Source: Perna viridis (Eukaryota). Taken from it: a DNA stretch of 64,000 nucleotides. Below the pieces are notes generated by a model. That model saw only the letters and a list, made by a program, of their open reading frames with translations. It had not been told where the DNA came from and made no database searches. The position numbers were made by a program, and so were the translations under genes. Shown here in pieces: positions 1-14,367 of the stretch (position 1 is its first letter; the number at the start of each line of letters is the position of its first letter). The stretch is from contig CM074523.1 of the NCBI GenBank assembly GCA_037379345.1, positions 4,100,525 to 4,164,524 on the forward strand, read 5' to 3'.

Positions 1-3000
1 ATCTTGGCTTTATCTAAGATTTGAACTTCAATTTTGCCAGATTTTTAAATACCCCACTGTTTTGAAAATATTCATAGAAAAAAAAATGACAGGAAGAAGA
101 TAAGATTTATTTGTTATCAAATTCATCAGACATAAAATTTGATTTTTTTGACAGAATCTGACACAATTTGGACAGAAAACAATGTTTACATCAAATTCCA
201 ACACATTTTGGGAGACTTCTTTATCTGAAGTGTGATTCATTTGGTAATTCGCTCAGGTAGGTATGATCCATTCTGTGAGAGTGCCTTAAATATAACCCTC
301 AAACCAATAGGGGGAAGCTCTTTTGCTATGGGTACTAGATTCTTGTTAAAGTACAGATTCAAATTAACAAAACAATGAATTTACTATGAAAACTATGAAA
401 ACAATATTTAATGAAATCAGAACTGTAACAAATAACAAAGTTTCCTTTCTGGTAATGATATTTTAAAGCATTTCAATGGTTAATAAATCCAAATTTACAA
501 TAACTTATTTGTTTATCAATGTAATATGGCACAACTCAACATGGGTTAAGTCAGAACAAAACTTATTCCTTTCTTGATGCTCATGTCTCACATGACAAAC
601 CATGTAAGATTCTGTGATTCCAAGGATTGAATTTAAGTATTACAACTAGCTTCATTTCTGCTCAGAATACCCCAGAATGCAGAATTATGCATGAAAAATT
701 CTAAAAAACTTTTTTGGGAAGGCACCCTCTACCCACCTTTAATGTGGCCTCCTTGAATTGGAACAAGTCCTGCTCAACTAAAATGATGTGAAAACCCTGA
801 ACTTAAAGCAAGTACCAAAAATGTCCACTAACTCTAATTTCATTATTTCTTTACCCCTCTTATAAATTCTGCAGATTTTAGCAAGTAGTAATAATTTCTG
901 CTTAGAAAATTTTTACTGGCATTCCCCCCTAAAATTCCATAATAGACTATTACAACCACAAGAGACCACTGAAAAAAAAATCTGGGGGTCTTTTGCATAC
1001 TTAAAACCAATTCAGGTATATGCACTAGAGGGTTTTATAGAGCAAATACAAATTTTCAGATAATAGACAAATCTTCTAATTTACAGACTTATCATTCTCA
1101 CGGATTCTTGTTCATATATTCTTATTTAGGATCTGTCAAGCAGTCTTATATCACCACATGATCCTACCAAACCAGGACCTGTCAAGCAGTCTCATATCAC
1201 CACACAATCCCAACTAACCAGGAAATAAGAGAGAACTTTCTGTTTGAATCTTTCAAGCAGTCTCACCATATGATCCCAACTTACCAGGATTTAAGAGAAT
1301 TTTCTGGTGGTCTCCATAAACTGATTTCAATTTGGACCCAGAGAGACCACAATTAATTTTCCTGAATGATAACCCTAAATCTGAGGTGAAAACATTTATA
1401 GATAAATGCAAGATGTATGTGGTGCATTTAAAGACTGACGTAATTAGATACCTGTTTAAGGAGTGTAAAACTTCAGGATTTTTTTCCACAAATGTTTCCA
1501 TAAACTGTAATTGAACTGTTTTTGGGGTTGAAATTTTCATTTTTTCATTTTTCAGTCAAACAACAAATTAAAATTCCCACTGAAAGGTACATTCTATTTG
1601 AAAATTGTGATCAACTTTAGAAACTACAAGTTTCAAACCACTAAGTCCACTACTAAAATTAGTACTGTAGAATGAAAATACCCATTGTTACACAGTGATA
1701 AATATATCAATAGTATACAGTAACAACTGATTCTTAATCAACTCTTTCTTTATGCGAATGTTTTTGTTTGTAAAAGGGGGAGGGTTAGAAAAAAAAAAAA
1801 CAAAATGGAATACTCAAGAAAGTTCAAAATTTTCAGAAAATAGAATCTTCTAAATTATAAAATGGGAAGTCCAGCACATTTTATCCTGCGAGGACATCAT
1901 TTCACAACTAGACTGTATAAGACATATTTATACTTACAAACAATGTATAAAATTTCTTTCACATACTTGTATCCATTATAATGAAATCATCCCAATTCAT
2001 GCAAATATCTATTGAAGTCACAACATTTACTTAAAATTTTACTGCCATCTTAATTACTGTATTTCCACACTGTACCCAAAGAATTAATAAAAATTACACA
2101 GGATATTCCTCTTTGCCCAAAATGAACATAAAAATTACCTTCAAAGAAAAAAAGAGTGCCAAACCTGTCTCATAAAAAATTTAATTAAACCTCAAGTAGG
2201 AAATACTCCTTATGACACTAAATGACAAAGTCATTTATCAAAACAAACTAAAATTTAAAATCTGTAGGTTAAAATCCAGACTTTAAAGAGCCTAAAATAT
2301 GATATCAAAGGACAAATCAGAAAAATATATCTACTCTATCATGTAAAATCACCAAAAAATATCTATAAACAGTCTTGGCAGCACAGACTTAATCTTGTAA
2401 TAATAGTTCAATCAAAACCAGGAGGGTCTGAAAATACTACAAGATTAAATAGACCAACAAAAGCATGTTACAGTATATGTGCATAGTAACAACTCATTCT
2501 AGCTTCTAATGATTTATTGAAGGTATTTGTAAATATTTTGTTTTTCAAAAGTTTTTGCTAAATGCTTTAAATTTTTACATTTCAGGCTTGCATTATAAAT
2601 TTTATTGGTTATCATAAAGAACTTTTGTATCTTACTTCTATAATACTGATTTATTTAAGGTATTTTTATATATTTTTTATCAACCTGTTTGGCTAAATGG
2701 TTTGAATTTTTAATTTCAGGCTCGATTCTACAAACAAGAGAGCTGTAATTAAATGTTAATAAACTAAGAAATGTACCATATAACATGGATTAGAAAAATG
2801 GAAATCCTTTGACATCAGCAATAGACTAACTTAAGGCAAGGATAAAAAAATGTGAAAAAAAAAAAAAAGAATGGATGGTTAGTTTTAACCTGGTGTATCT
2901 TGCTTTCCCATGTAGTTCAATGTTCTGTAATATGTGATAATTGGGGAGTTGGCTTTGATGAAAAAGTTTTAAAAGTAAGTTAAAAAGAAAATTACTTTAA

Positions 3001-3379
3001 ATTTTAATCTTTTATTTAGGTGCAGTTCTTACAACACAGAGTACTTTATCGCAATAGGGTTTAGAGTATTACACCTTTCAACACCTCTGGGTTAACGATA
3101 TAATCAATAAGTGAATCTTTTAATTATTGATATTGAGTGCTTGTAGGTATGAGGCCTGATTTTGGTCCAAACAAGGGACTTAATTATGATTCACACAGTA
3201 ATTCAAATTGTAATTTTGTACTAAAGCTAATTATAATGTTACCAATTTAGAATAGGGATAGAGACTCTTGCCGCAGAGCTTTTATCCCCAATAAATTCAA
3301 AGCCTGAAATTTGGCAATCATATACATAATAATTTGATTTAATATATGAATCTCTACAGTTAAACTGTATTTCTAATGT

Positions 3380-3670
3380 GAGACCTGAGGAGACTACATT
3401 GTGAAACCAGAGAGACCTGAGGAGACTACATTGTGAAACCAGAGAGACCTGAGGAGACTACATTGTGAAACCAGAGAGACCTGAGGAGACTACATTGTGA
3501 AACCAGAGAAGTCCATATTTAACAATTTAAGACTGGAGAAGTCTACTTTTTAAAATGTGAGACCAGAGAAGTCCATATCTAACATTGTGGAACCAGATAA
3601 GACCACATTTTACGATATGAGACTAGATAAGTCCATATTTTACAATGTTAGTCCAGAGAAGTCCATTGTC
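3380..3670. repeat. 32-bp minisatellite (4 copies) decaying into ~30-bp degenerate units
   Basis: gagacctgaggagactacattgtgaaaccaga x4, then agaagtccatattt-type copies. Confidence 0.9.
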
Positions 3671-3907
3671 AGACCTATTAATGACAGATGCTCAGGCTAA
3701 ACCCAAAAAGTGTCCTTAACTGAACACAAGCATGTCACTATCTCTCACATTAGCAAAAGTTGTATATGAAATACATTCATGGTCTAAATGCTCAAATGAT
3801 CCATAGTACCCCCTTTTTTTCTGTATTAAGTGTTGACAATGAATACTATACTGTTAGCACTAGACATATTGACAAACAAATTGAATGTCATTTTAGTTAA
3901 TAAGATA

Positions 3908-3988
3908 AACCATAAACCACCTATCATTATCAACCATAAACCAACTATCATTATCAACCATAAACCATCTATCATTATCAACCATAAA
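3908..3988. repeat. 24-bp tandem repeat, ~3.4 copies
   Basis: aaccataaaccaNctatcattatc. Confidence 0.9.
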
Positions 3989-4734
3989 CTGTCTTTGTCT
4001 AACTTGTATCATATTTAATAACTTGAATATGGGCCAATTTTCATGTTAAAAGACTTTTTGAAGTCTGACAGCAGTCTCTTCATGAAGGTTCTCAAATAGC
4101 ACACAATAAATAGACTAGGACAGAAGTATTTATAGGCCACACATATACTGTTCATTAAATACTCAATTTTGTGAAGATCTTTTAAAAATTAGCAAAAAAT
4201 GTATCACCTTCAAAATTGAGTTGATTTATAGTAAACAGTGAACAATGTTATTTCTTTTTGCATACAATTAGCAAAGTGTGAAGACAAGTAAGAAATTTCA
4301 CCAGAACCAATAAAACTACTCATCTCTTCGACTTCATTTCAGCACATTAACTGTTTAAGTCACATCAGTGGGCCCATATAAGTCACAACAAGACAATCTG
4401 TTGTGATTGATGGTAAAAATCAACACCTGATGACCCCAGTAACACTATATACAGAAATATCTCAAGCTAAAATAAGCCAAAATTAAGGAATGAACATTTT
4501 AGAAACTCTCAGCCAACATATCTGTATTTGTACCAAACCAGTATAAAATAAAAGGACCAAACATTGCCTCTGATGATTCTGCAGGCCATTTGAATAAGGG
4601 AAAGAAGTCTGGCACCATATCTGTTACCATAGAGGGAGATTATAGGCTTATCTTAAATGTTAATGGTAAATTAACTTTCCAATTCAGTTGAGTTTAGCAG
4701 TAAGGGGACAACCATTTGATTCTGAAATTCATTT

Positions 4735-5481
4735 TCTAGCGGTCAAAAACTACAGAAAGATAGCCATACAAGCCATATGGCCCTATTTTTGACGAAAATA
4801 AGTAAGTTTAACTTCCACCAATTTCTGTAATATTTCACGAAAATTAAAATCGTTTGACCCTGCACACCTTAATCATGTGTAGAAATATCCTGTAAAATAT
4901 TTTAGATGTAGTTCAAAAACTGTATGAGGAGATAGCCGGACAAGCCATATAGCCCTGTTTCTGAGTAAAATGACTAAGTGTAACTATCACCAATTTCTGT
5001 AATATTTCACGAAATCAAAAATCCTTTGACCCTGCACACCTTCATCATGTGTAGAAATATCCTGTAAAATATTTTAGATGTAGTTCAAAAACTGTATGAG
5101 GAGATAGCCGGACAAGCCATATAGCCCTGTTTCTGAGTAAAATGACTAAGTGTAACTATCACCAATTTCTGTAATATTTCACGAAAATCAAAATCCTTTG
5201 GCCCTGCACACCTTTATCATGTGTATAAATATCCTGTAAAATATTTCAGATGTAGTTAAAAAACTGTAACAAGAAGATAGCTGGACAAGCCATATAGCCC
5301 TATTTCTGAGTATAACGACTAGTGTAAGAATCACCAACTTCTATGAAATTTCACGAAATATCAAAATCCGTTGGCCCTGCACACCTTCCTCATGTGTAGA
5401 AATGTCCTGTAAAATATTTTAGATGTAGTTCAAAAACTGTACGAGTAGATAGCCGACAGTTTGTCGTGGGGGCATTAAAAA
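4735..5481 (+). mobile_element. HINE/Helentron-like non-autonomous element with ~4.3 x 172-bp internal tandem repeats
   Basis: gatgtagtt(c/a)aaaaac at 4905, 5077, 5249, 5422. Ends in the hairpin cgacagtttgtcg + ggggcattaaaaa. Confidence 0.7.
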
Positions 5482-6894
5482 CTTGCTGAAAAATGACCAA
5501 AAGTAAAGACTTGAGTCTGAGTAGTTGTATTATGGAGGGAATCACTAATTTTATAAAAATCCTGTGTTATAACCTACATATTCTACTGTACAGTTTAATA
5601 AAAATAACTAATCTGGCCGTATAGATATCTGAAAATAAATATTCTGCCCAACCAAAACTGCTAGGCTCCTCTCATTATCAAATAGTCCTCCTCTAAATAT
5701 ATGCATTGGTATATATACTCATAGAACATTTCTTCGTTAGTTACTGTTATACAGGACTACATCCAAAAAATATATAATTCATATCCTTGGCCTTGGGCTT
5801 ATCAATTATGAGGATCAATTTTCAACTCAATTTAAAACAAAGGTATGATAGAAGTCCTTTGTAGATGAAGAACTACCTATCTCCGCCCTCGAAATCTAAG
5901 ATCCTGCATGTCACGCGTGTTCTATGTAGATCAAAAAGATACTACAGTGTTATATAATATCTCAGAGTTATATAACGAGCACCTGATGATAGGTTCGTGT
6001 TCTTGATTTGTGGTTTGTGGTTAAACCTTGTGTTACTATCAGCTTAAATATACTCTCAAAAACTGACTCCGACTTTTACATATTACTGTATGATCTCTAT
6101 GAATGATAAACACCTGTAAATATCTCAACTGTATCATATTTTTGGAATCTTTGTTTTACATATAATCTTACTGAGGACTTTTCTTCAGGTGGACTTTTCA
6201 TTTAGGATGAACTCCAATATGTAGTGATAATTAAGGATAATTTTTTACTTAAAAGAACTGCAAAAATATATTTCTACTGAAGGCAGACTAGATCCAAATT
6301 TTACACCCAACAATAAACAACTAGTGAAAATAGCAGCCTCAATAACAATCCTCCTCAAACTTCCTGTTCCCTATCCAACCTACTCATACTACAGTGACCT
6401 TGATCAGTGTGACATTCGATGACATTGATACATTTACATATTTATATAATCTTATTAACCAAAACCTAACTAGGATATAAAGCTTACTAAGTTCAAACAC
6501 ATAACTCCTCCTGGATCAATGAGCCTGGCGTCTGTATGTCTGCTATTATATATGTATGGCCAAGATGTCACTTCTTACTGATATAAAACATGATCAATTT
6601 AGAGCACCTGACCGATATAACACCATATTGTTTACTATATAGTAAGTAAGGGGATTTGTTTCTGGATAGGGATCAGAAACTCAAGGTTAAAGACAAAGAT
6701 GGACTTTGGTTATTAAGGCATGTATAACACAATGAAATCAGAATAGCCAGTTAACATTTTTTACACAGGGAATTCTTTTTTTATGTTATTCCTGACATGA
6801 GAAAAAATGTAACACAGAAGAAAGAAAAAGGATTTCAATGAACACACTATGGTTATCCTTGGTTGTTGATAATAATAACAATGAACTAAAAATA

Positions 6895-7035
6895 TTGACC
6901 TTTCAAAAAGCGGCAGCAATTTTGACCTTGACTTTTCAGAAAGCAGAAGCAGTTTTGATCTTGACCTTTCAAAAAGTAGTAGCAGTTTTGACCTTGACCT
7001 TCCAAAAAGCAGCAGCAATTTTGACCTCGACCTTT
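6895..7035. repeat. 33-bp minisatellite, ~4 copies, rich in TGACCT
   Basis: Unit starts at 6901, 6934, 6967, 7000. Confidence 0.9.
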
Positions 7036-8089
7036 ATATGACACAGACCTAGTTTAATTTTCTTTGGTGTAACTACATGTACAGTCTCTGAAGTGACCTG
7101 TGCAACAATTTGACAGATCCCCAGTAGTCTAATGACTAAATGCAGATGGATCAATAACCGATGCCCATGACCAATCTGATTGGGGTTTCATTACAAAATT
7201 TCAATTTTTTTCATTGGAATTGATCAATAGGTGATCTGTAAATGAATAATGATTGACCACAAAATAATCCATGGATTGGTTCATTTTTATTTTATTATTA
7301 GAGAAAATCGCATCACTAAAATATCATGCAATAAAAGAAAAATATTGAGATTAATTTCTTTTTAGACTTCTTTAAACAGAATTATTAAAAATAAATAAAT
7401 TCCAACCATTGAAAGTATGTTTACTCAAAACAAATGTAGCCAGAAATTAAGATTACTTCACCTACATCATTTTCATAAATTTAAAAGTGAGGAATTATTT
7501 TTGTATGCAAGCTAATTAAAGCAAGAAAATAGAAACTACAACAAAAATTTCAACTCACAACACTTGGTCTCTTTTTGAATATTACCATCCTTTCTACATA
7601 AAACTATCCTATCACCACAAAATAGACTCAATCATCCTATAACATAATAGTAATCCATGTAGACACAACACTTGTTTATTATAAAAAAAAGATGCTGACA
7701 TATTTCCAGGAGATATAACTGATATTGGACAAAGAACAGCAATATTTGCCAATTATGGTATAAAATGTACATATACAGAAAGCTGTAACACCTAGACAGA
7801 GATACATATATATGTTGATAATGATCAGGCGCATTCCACACACAGTAACATGTGGCACATACTATAAAAAAATAGACTAAATATATGTTACAAACATTCC
7901 TCACGCTGCAGGTTAATAACCAGACAATTTAGGTTAATTTCTTTAAGTATATCATACATATATTGTCATAAAGCTTACTGACAAATGTCATCTCGTCATG
8001 ATTATTAATGTAAATTCTATCATAACTTCTGTATCAGTATTATAGTAACAAACCAATGAGAAAAGTGAGTCAAGACAACCTGCCAGCAA

Positions 8090-8275
8090 GATACCAGTGA
8101 TAATGCCCTGCTCGACACTTGCCACCGATACTAGTGATAATGCCCTGCTCGACACTTGCCACCGATACTATTGGTAATGCACTGCTCGACACTTGCCACC
8201 CGACATTAGTGGTAATGCCCTGCTCGACACTTGCCACCGATACTAGTGGTAATGCCCTGCTCGGCACTTGCCACC
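8090..8275. repeat. ~37-bp GC-rich minisatellite, 5 copies
   Basis: gatactagtgRtaatgccctgctcgacacttgccacc. Confidence 0.95.
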
Positions 8276-9088
8276 AAAAATTTTTAAATGGACATACGTG
8301 TATTCAGTTTTATAAGCTAGATAAATGAATCAAAATTGCACCAGATATGTACTGGTGCAAAGATCAGCAATGGTTCATCGAGTCATTAAATCATTGATAT
8401 TATTTAAAACTCATTCATGAGTTAAACATTAGAAATAACTTAAATCTATCATCACATTGTCCCAAAACTGACCCAACCTGTGTTCTGATTCATCAAGGAT
8501 GCAAGTTACTTAAATAATTTTTAACTGTGAACTGTGAAATTGAAGGCAAGTGAGTAAGCATCCTACATAAATGTAAAATAAGTTCATTGAATGTTTTGCA
8601 GTGTGCAGCTTGATTCAACAGTACCAGTAACATTTCGTGAATGAAAATTATAGGATATATTTTTCTTGATCAAAAAACTTCATAGATAATAAAAGAATAT
8701 TTAATTGGAAAGAGTTAATAAACAAAATATGATTATGGGTGCCGAAGAACAGCTTTATTAAACGAGTGTGCAGAACTGGTTCCACACGAATGTTAAATCT
8801 TAATGCTTTCTTGGCACCAGTAATCATGTTTTGGTTATTTACCAATTGATTATCCTATTTATTATATTAACTTCCTCCTATATTCATTGCTATTTTAAAC
8901 ATTACTTTCAAATTTTGTGAAAGACGGATTGATATTTGTAATGTGACGTTTCACTGGGAGAAAGTGCGAGGGTGAAATTACCGAATTTATTTCACACTGG
9001 GAACATTTGGTAAATCACTGATATCTATAGAAGAGAAGGCTTTTATTGCAGAGTATGTACATGCAAATCAGACCATGCATGTACAAAC

Positions 9089-9190
9089 CTCATACTCCAA
9101 ACTAGACTCAGATGATGAAGTTTCACTGTGACAATTTGTAAACAATACACGTTTTGCCTCTCGTCTCCTCTTAGACATTAGTCTTCTTTC
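9089..9190 (-). CDS. Internal coding exon (102 nt, phase 0/0) of an unidentified large gene: ERRLMSKRRREAKRVLFTNCHSETSSSESSLEYE
   Basis: Minus strand aattttacag|GAAAGAAGACTAATG...TTGGAGTATGAG|gtttgt. Length is a multiple of 3, only frame 0 is open (the other two frames hit TAA early), and the peptide is protein-like (basic cluster then Ser/Glu-rich). Confidence 0.7.
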
Positions 9191-12100
9191 CTGTAAAATT
9201 ATACATGTATGTGATCAGAGTGAGGTCAAAACATCAATGGGCAACCATAACAGTCCTGTAGCCAGAATTTATTAGAGGGGTCAGAGGGGGTTATTTGGAC
9301 GAAACTTTTCAGTTTTTAATAGTGCTTTACAGATTTAAAGCTAGTTTTTTTAAAACAAAAAAGGGAAGTGTTCAATCCAAAAAAATACTACTGTTAACAC
9401 AAATGAAAATAATTATCAAACACAAAATTTGCACATTTACAGTAACTTAAACTGAATTGGAATTTCTGAGGAAAATATTCCTTATCACTATATACAATGA
9501 CTAAGTCTACTAAAATGTTTTCTTCAATTGTAGAATTGATATAGAGCTTTGATTGGAGCAGCATTACTGTTATGGTACATATGCCTTTGTTGCACTGAAA
9601 AAAAAAAGATTTTCTTTACAGATTGTTTAAGTCACTATGACTATGATAAAGCTGCAGGCTGAGTTTTAATGATTTTAACCCAAGTATTAAGTGTTTGATA
9701 GGGAGGTAAAAACATCACAAAACAGACTACAGAGGTGATCTCAGCAACATAGCAAGAATACCTCACAGATTACAGATCCTAGAAATCACTGCTAATCAAA
9801 TCCCCCTGATAATCTTTGGTAGATCTGGTACTAACATTGCTGTCTGCCCTGTCATGGCAAAGCAAAAACTTGGTAGCGGTTCGATGGAAAGCTTTTAAAA
9901 TTTCTAATTGTTCATTTCTTTAGAGTTACTCAAGAGGCATTATGATTATGTTCATACACAACTGCATTCTACAATCAGTTGCTGGGAAAACTTCAAAACA
10001 GCTTCACTGAGTAGTACACCACCAACAATTTGGCACCTAAATTCTGAAAAGGCAGGGAATCAGGATATTTTTAAATATCTAACAAAAATATAACCAACAT
10101 AATATATTTTAGTTTCCTAAGAAATGTCTTTTAAAAGACAAACTTATAATAAAAATGTAAAATGGCATCAATATTTAGGCCATTCCATTTTGTCCCAACA
10201 TTTTCATACATGCCCCACTAATGTTTCAATAAAAATATATCAATTTAATACCTAGAAGCTATCTTATTTATCAGATAGGAGACAATCATGCCGACTTTAG
10301 AGAAGGTGTGTACATTTGAAGACTGGTGCCTCTAATCTGATAATCTGATAAATCACCTGGTATCTGAATTATACACCTACAGACAAAGATTAACAGAACT
10401 GTAGGATACCATGATATCAATTCAATATTGTCTGTTTTAAAACCATCAACAGAGCATCTATATAAACACTGCAAAAAATGTGATAAAAAGACTCCCAATT
10501 AGTCATATCTGGTCTTAGCTTTCAAAAGTACATTACACAGCCATCCACAGTACAACAAGCAAGCCTTATTCAGAGGTCATACCTCAAGTTAGGAGTTTTT
10601 TCTCAAATCCTATTAGACCAATCTGATTGGTTATTAAGCCAAACTAGGAAAACTTGGGAGAAAATATCAATTAAAGAATTTTGTGGAAGCAGGACACAAA
10701 CCCATAACACATAAACATATATCTAGCCATCAATATTGAGAAAAATGACTGGTATATTCCCCAAAAATGGACAGTTTCTAATTTGTATTAATCATTACAG
10801 AGCCATATTATGTCACTATGGATATCTAATATCAAATTATACACCTGCTAATGAGTTAATGGATTAGTAATGATTCATTATCAAAAACATTTATTTTGGC
10901 AGTATTATCAGTTTCTACCATGAAATAGTGTAAATGATTGGTTGTTATACTGCCCCCTCTATATAGTTTAGCTTATCCCAATAATCAGAGAACACTGCCT
11001 ATGATAAACACATCCACGTTCATATATTTAAAAAAAGTACATGTATTTTCCTTATATAACTTAATCACAATGGTTTTGTTTCATGTCTATGCCATTCATG
11101 GGACCTTTGTTTTGAGAATAAACACTTTTTCATTTATATCATCTGCTCAATTCACACTTACTCTTTGTTTAATCTTTAGTAGATTGTAGAGACTTGACTA
11201 ACAATCACATTTTGCAGCCAGAACATAACCACATTAGCAAAGCCACCCAGAAACTTTTTTTACTTATAAAAATAAAGCTTTCTACCAATATTTTACTGAA
11301 GCTATTCACAAATCAATAATGTATGTCAAATCTTCAAATATACAGTGTAGGCCTAGAAGGCACACTATGGCAGTCTTAATTTATCATAGCTGCTCATCAC
11401 TTCCATAGCTTTTACTCAGACAGGATTTTGCTCATTGTCAAAAAAAAATAGGAATGGGGGAGGGGAGTGAGGTCTAGAAAAACACTGTCCTCTGTCTGTT
11501 CAGACAAAAATTTGTAACTTTGATCCTGAAATTTCAGAGTAGGAATTCCTATTTAAATAGGAAGAAAATCATGTCTTTTTACAACATTCATTTACAAGAT
11601 TCCAAATTGGGAAACACTCGATTGTAACATAGTCTTAACAACAGAAGTGAGCCAATGGAACAATTTGTGTACATACCAGACTGATCCCGTAAATGAAGGA
11701 ACATGAACCCCATAACCTTATGTACAATAGCTGTTTAGTACAGATCTAATTTCCCTGACAAAAACAAATATTAAGGTGAATTAGACAAAGCATGCAGTTA
11801 ATTGAATCTCCAGCAGTTTAGAACATCAGTAAATGAGAAAGCACTGTTCTACTTATAGAGAATACAGAAATATCAAAGTGAACCAATGATCTGTAATCAC
11901 TACTGTGGATACGAGGTCTAGTCGCATACTGGCAGGAGCATCAACATTCCTGATGTAGTGACAGAAAAAGGTACAGAATTAGGTTACAAGTCGTCAAGGA
12001 GCCAATTGTCAGTACAATTAATCCTGGGAGTACTAGACATTAAGAGACAAGAGCCTACTCAATTAGACTCGATTTGAGGTAAGTATTTCAAGAATTCAAC

Positions 12101-13220
12101 AAATTTATTGAGCTTATGGGCAATGAAACCAACCAATATGTATGGCTGTATGCAGTAAAATCTTTTGATATTGTAAATTCAGAATTTTTTGGCGTATCAT
12201 CTTGATACAACGATTTTGATTTTATCATATAACCACATCAGTTATCATGGTTATGTTGAAATTCATTAACCCAAGGTTTAATTATTACAATTTTGCAATA
12301 TTGTTTGAATTTGTAGTACCGGTCTCCTAAGTTAAAATCTGTAATAATAAATGCAATTGTTTTTTTTCTAATTGTTTCAATATAGGTCATATTATAAACC
12401 TTTTGCCATGGACAACAGATTGCACTTTGTCTAGAAACAAGAAAGGAAGTGCTATCAAACAAACAACGATAAAAATACAAAATGGCTACTAAACTTGTGC
12501 CTTGTGACCCAGAAACACAATAAACATTGCACACAGAGTATAATCATTAGCACTTAATACTAATTCTAACACTACAAGAATAAACTAAAATGCCTGCAAC
12601 TACTCAAATGTTAAGATGGTAAGTTTATTAACACAAAGTCAATTTAGTCCAGTGGTTTACCAGGTTAGGATGTAAAACAGATCAACATTTTGTACTTGGT
12701 CAGTAAATGTCATAATAACAACAGGAAACCTACAGATTATGCCAATATAAATGTTGACGGTAAAGTACACTGTTACTCAAGCATGGGTGAATCAATGTGG
12801 TGTTGTTACAGCTCACAAGTCAGGTCTTTCCATTATGTTAAATGCAATAATATTCTAATACTGTGTCAAAGAGAGCAACAGTACCAAGTGAACATTACAG
12901 AATGATAAATTAGTGCCTTGTTGCAGAACCATAACAAGCATGCATTTTTAAAATTGTCAAGATGTTAGCAAGCATACCATGCCTTGTGATATGATAATGT
13001 GACTTAACAACAGAGTCAGCGGGACATATCGTAAACTATTGAATTTGGGTTTTTTTGTGGTTAGTCTTGTAAAGTTAAAATTGAATTGTCACATTTTCTT
13101 CAAAGAACATTGTATATATAATATAATATGAGGAACAATCAGGATTTTAAATGGCATGAAAGTTGATTGATTCTAGGATGCACAACAAAATTACAGTGCA
13201 AAAATCCTCTTTACAGCGGT

Positions 13221-13459
13221 CAGTCTTTCCAAAGGTTCGTCGGACTGTTGGATATCACCAGTAAATATGAGATAGGATCAGAAAAAAATCTGGAACGCCA
13301 GACCGGAAGTCCGAAAATTTTATCTGATATTAGTCATTCTTGATTCAAGTCAAAACATATGGTAAGACTTGGTTCGGTCCTGAAAATAGTAATATGTCAT
13401 CACAAGACCGAATGTCCTAAAAAAAACCAAAAAAAAAAACTGTACCTTTGGAAAGACTG
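13221..13459. mobile_element. MITE with 16-bp perfect TIR and probable 6-bp TSD
   Basis: CAGTCTTTCCAAAGGT ... ACCTTTGGAAAGACTG. Flanks are agcggt / agtggt. Confidence 0.85.
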
Positions 13460-14349
13460 AGTGGTATATATGATTGATTGATTGATTGTAGTTTAATATC
13501 TCATATATTTCAGAACAAGAAAGTTTGAATAGTAAACTTGACGATATTCGAGCATACTCTAAATGAGAATGAACTACAATGCCTGAAGAGTAGTCAAATA
13601 TATACACATGTATATTTATATATACCATAGACAATTATTACAATAACTGTTCTCATCATTAACACTTAGGTTACAGAATAAGACCCTGGAGAAAATTAGA
13701 CATAGGATATAACTTCGCTGGCATGCTTATTAGAATAAACATAAACAAGAAATAATAAGTTTATATTTCATTTTCAAATTGCAGTGATTCACACAAAATC
13801 AGCATATCTTATTATAAGAAGGAGTAAAGCTTAGTGGGTACCTAGGTGGTTGTTCTAATGTTAAGGACCCAGAAGACATTGCCATTGATATCAGAGTGGA
13901 AAGATCTTACGATATAACGTTCATCTTTGAAATAATTCTAAAATTTAAACCTTATATTTAAATATATCATTACACACCTCTGATATTTATGTTATAGTAT
14001 ATTATATGCCATTCTCCCTTTTAGCCAAAATAAAAATCTGAAAATGAGAAAAAAAAACACACACACACACACAGATACCTAACATAAAGACATGTATTTC
14101 ATTAAAAAATCCCAAAAATTATTAAGTCACCAAACCACTTGTACACAAGCAGACAGAAAAATGCCTTGTGATATGACAATAAAAAGATATGCATATAAAC
14201 AGTACAAAACTTTACGTTTAAAAAAAAAACAAGTTAACTTGTCTATTGCAATTGATACCTGCTTAACTAACACTGCTACGTTAATGAAAACACAGCAATC
14301 CAATGATATATTTACCTAGCATCAAGTTTAAAGAAGCAAAAAAACTTAC

Positions 14350-14367
14350 CAATGTTGTTATTCTCAT
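14350..14367 (-). CDS. Candidate alternative first coding exon end: MRITTL, phase 0
   Basis: ggaaaATGAGAATAACAACATTG|gtaagt. A-rich start context, consensus donor, CpG-retaining patch upstream (~14570-14730). Confidence 0.5.

Noticed and set aside
1967-2008. Possible 42-nt minus exon (ICMNWDDFIIMDT) with tag/gtatgt ends
   Set aside because: Open only in phase 1, so incompatible with the phase-0 end of 9089 without an unseen exon, and the acceptor is weak.
2133-2156. Weaker AG|GT sites (tttctttgaag|gtaatt; also tgtttcag|gtagta near 22211)
   Set aside because: Suboptimal donor or acceptor, at a level expected by chance in AT-rich DNA.
3380-8275. CRISPR-like appearance of the 32-37-bp repeats
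   Set aside because: Head-to-tail units with no unique spacers, no cas genes and a eukaryotic context.
11900-12084. Plus-strand GAG|gtaagt donor after a GC-richer stretch
   Set aside because: All three frames have stops close to the donor and no partner exon was found. A non-coding exon cannot be excluded.
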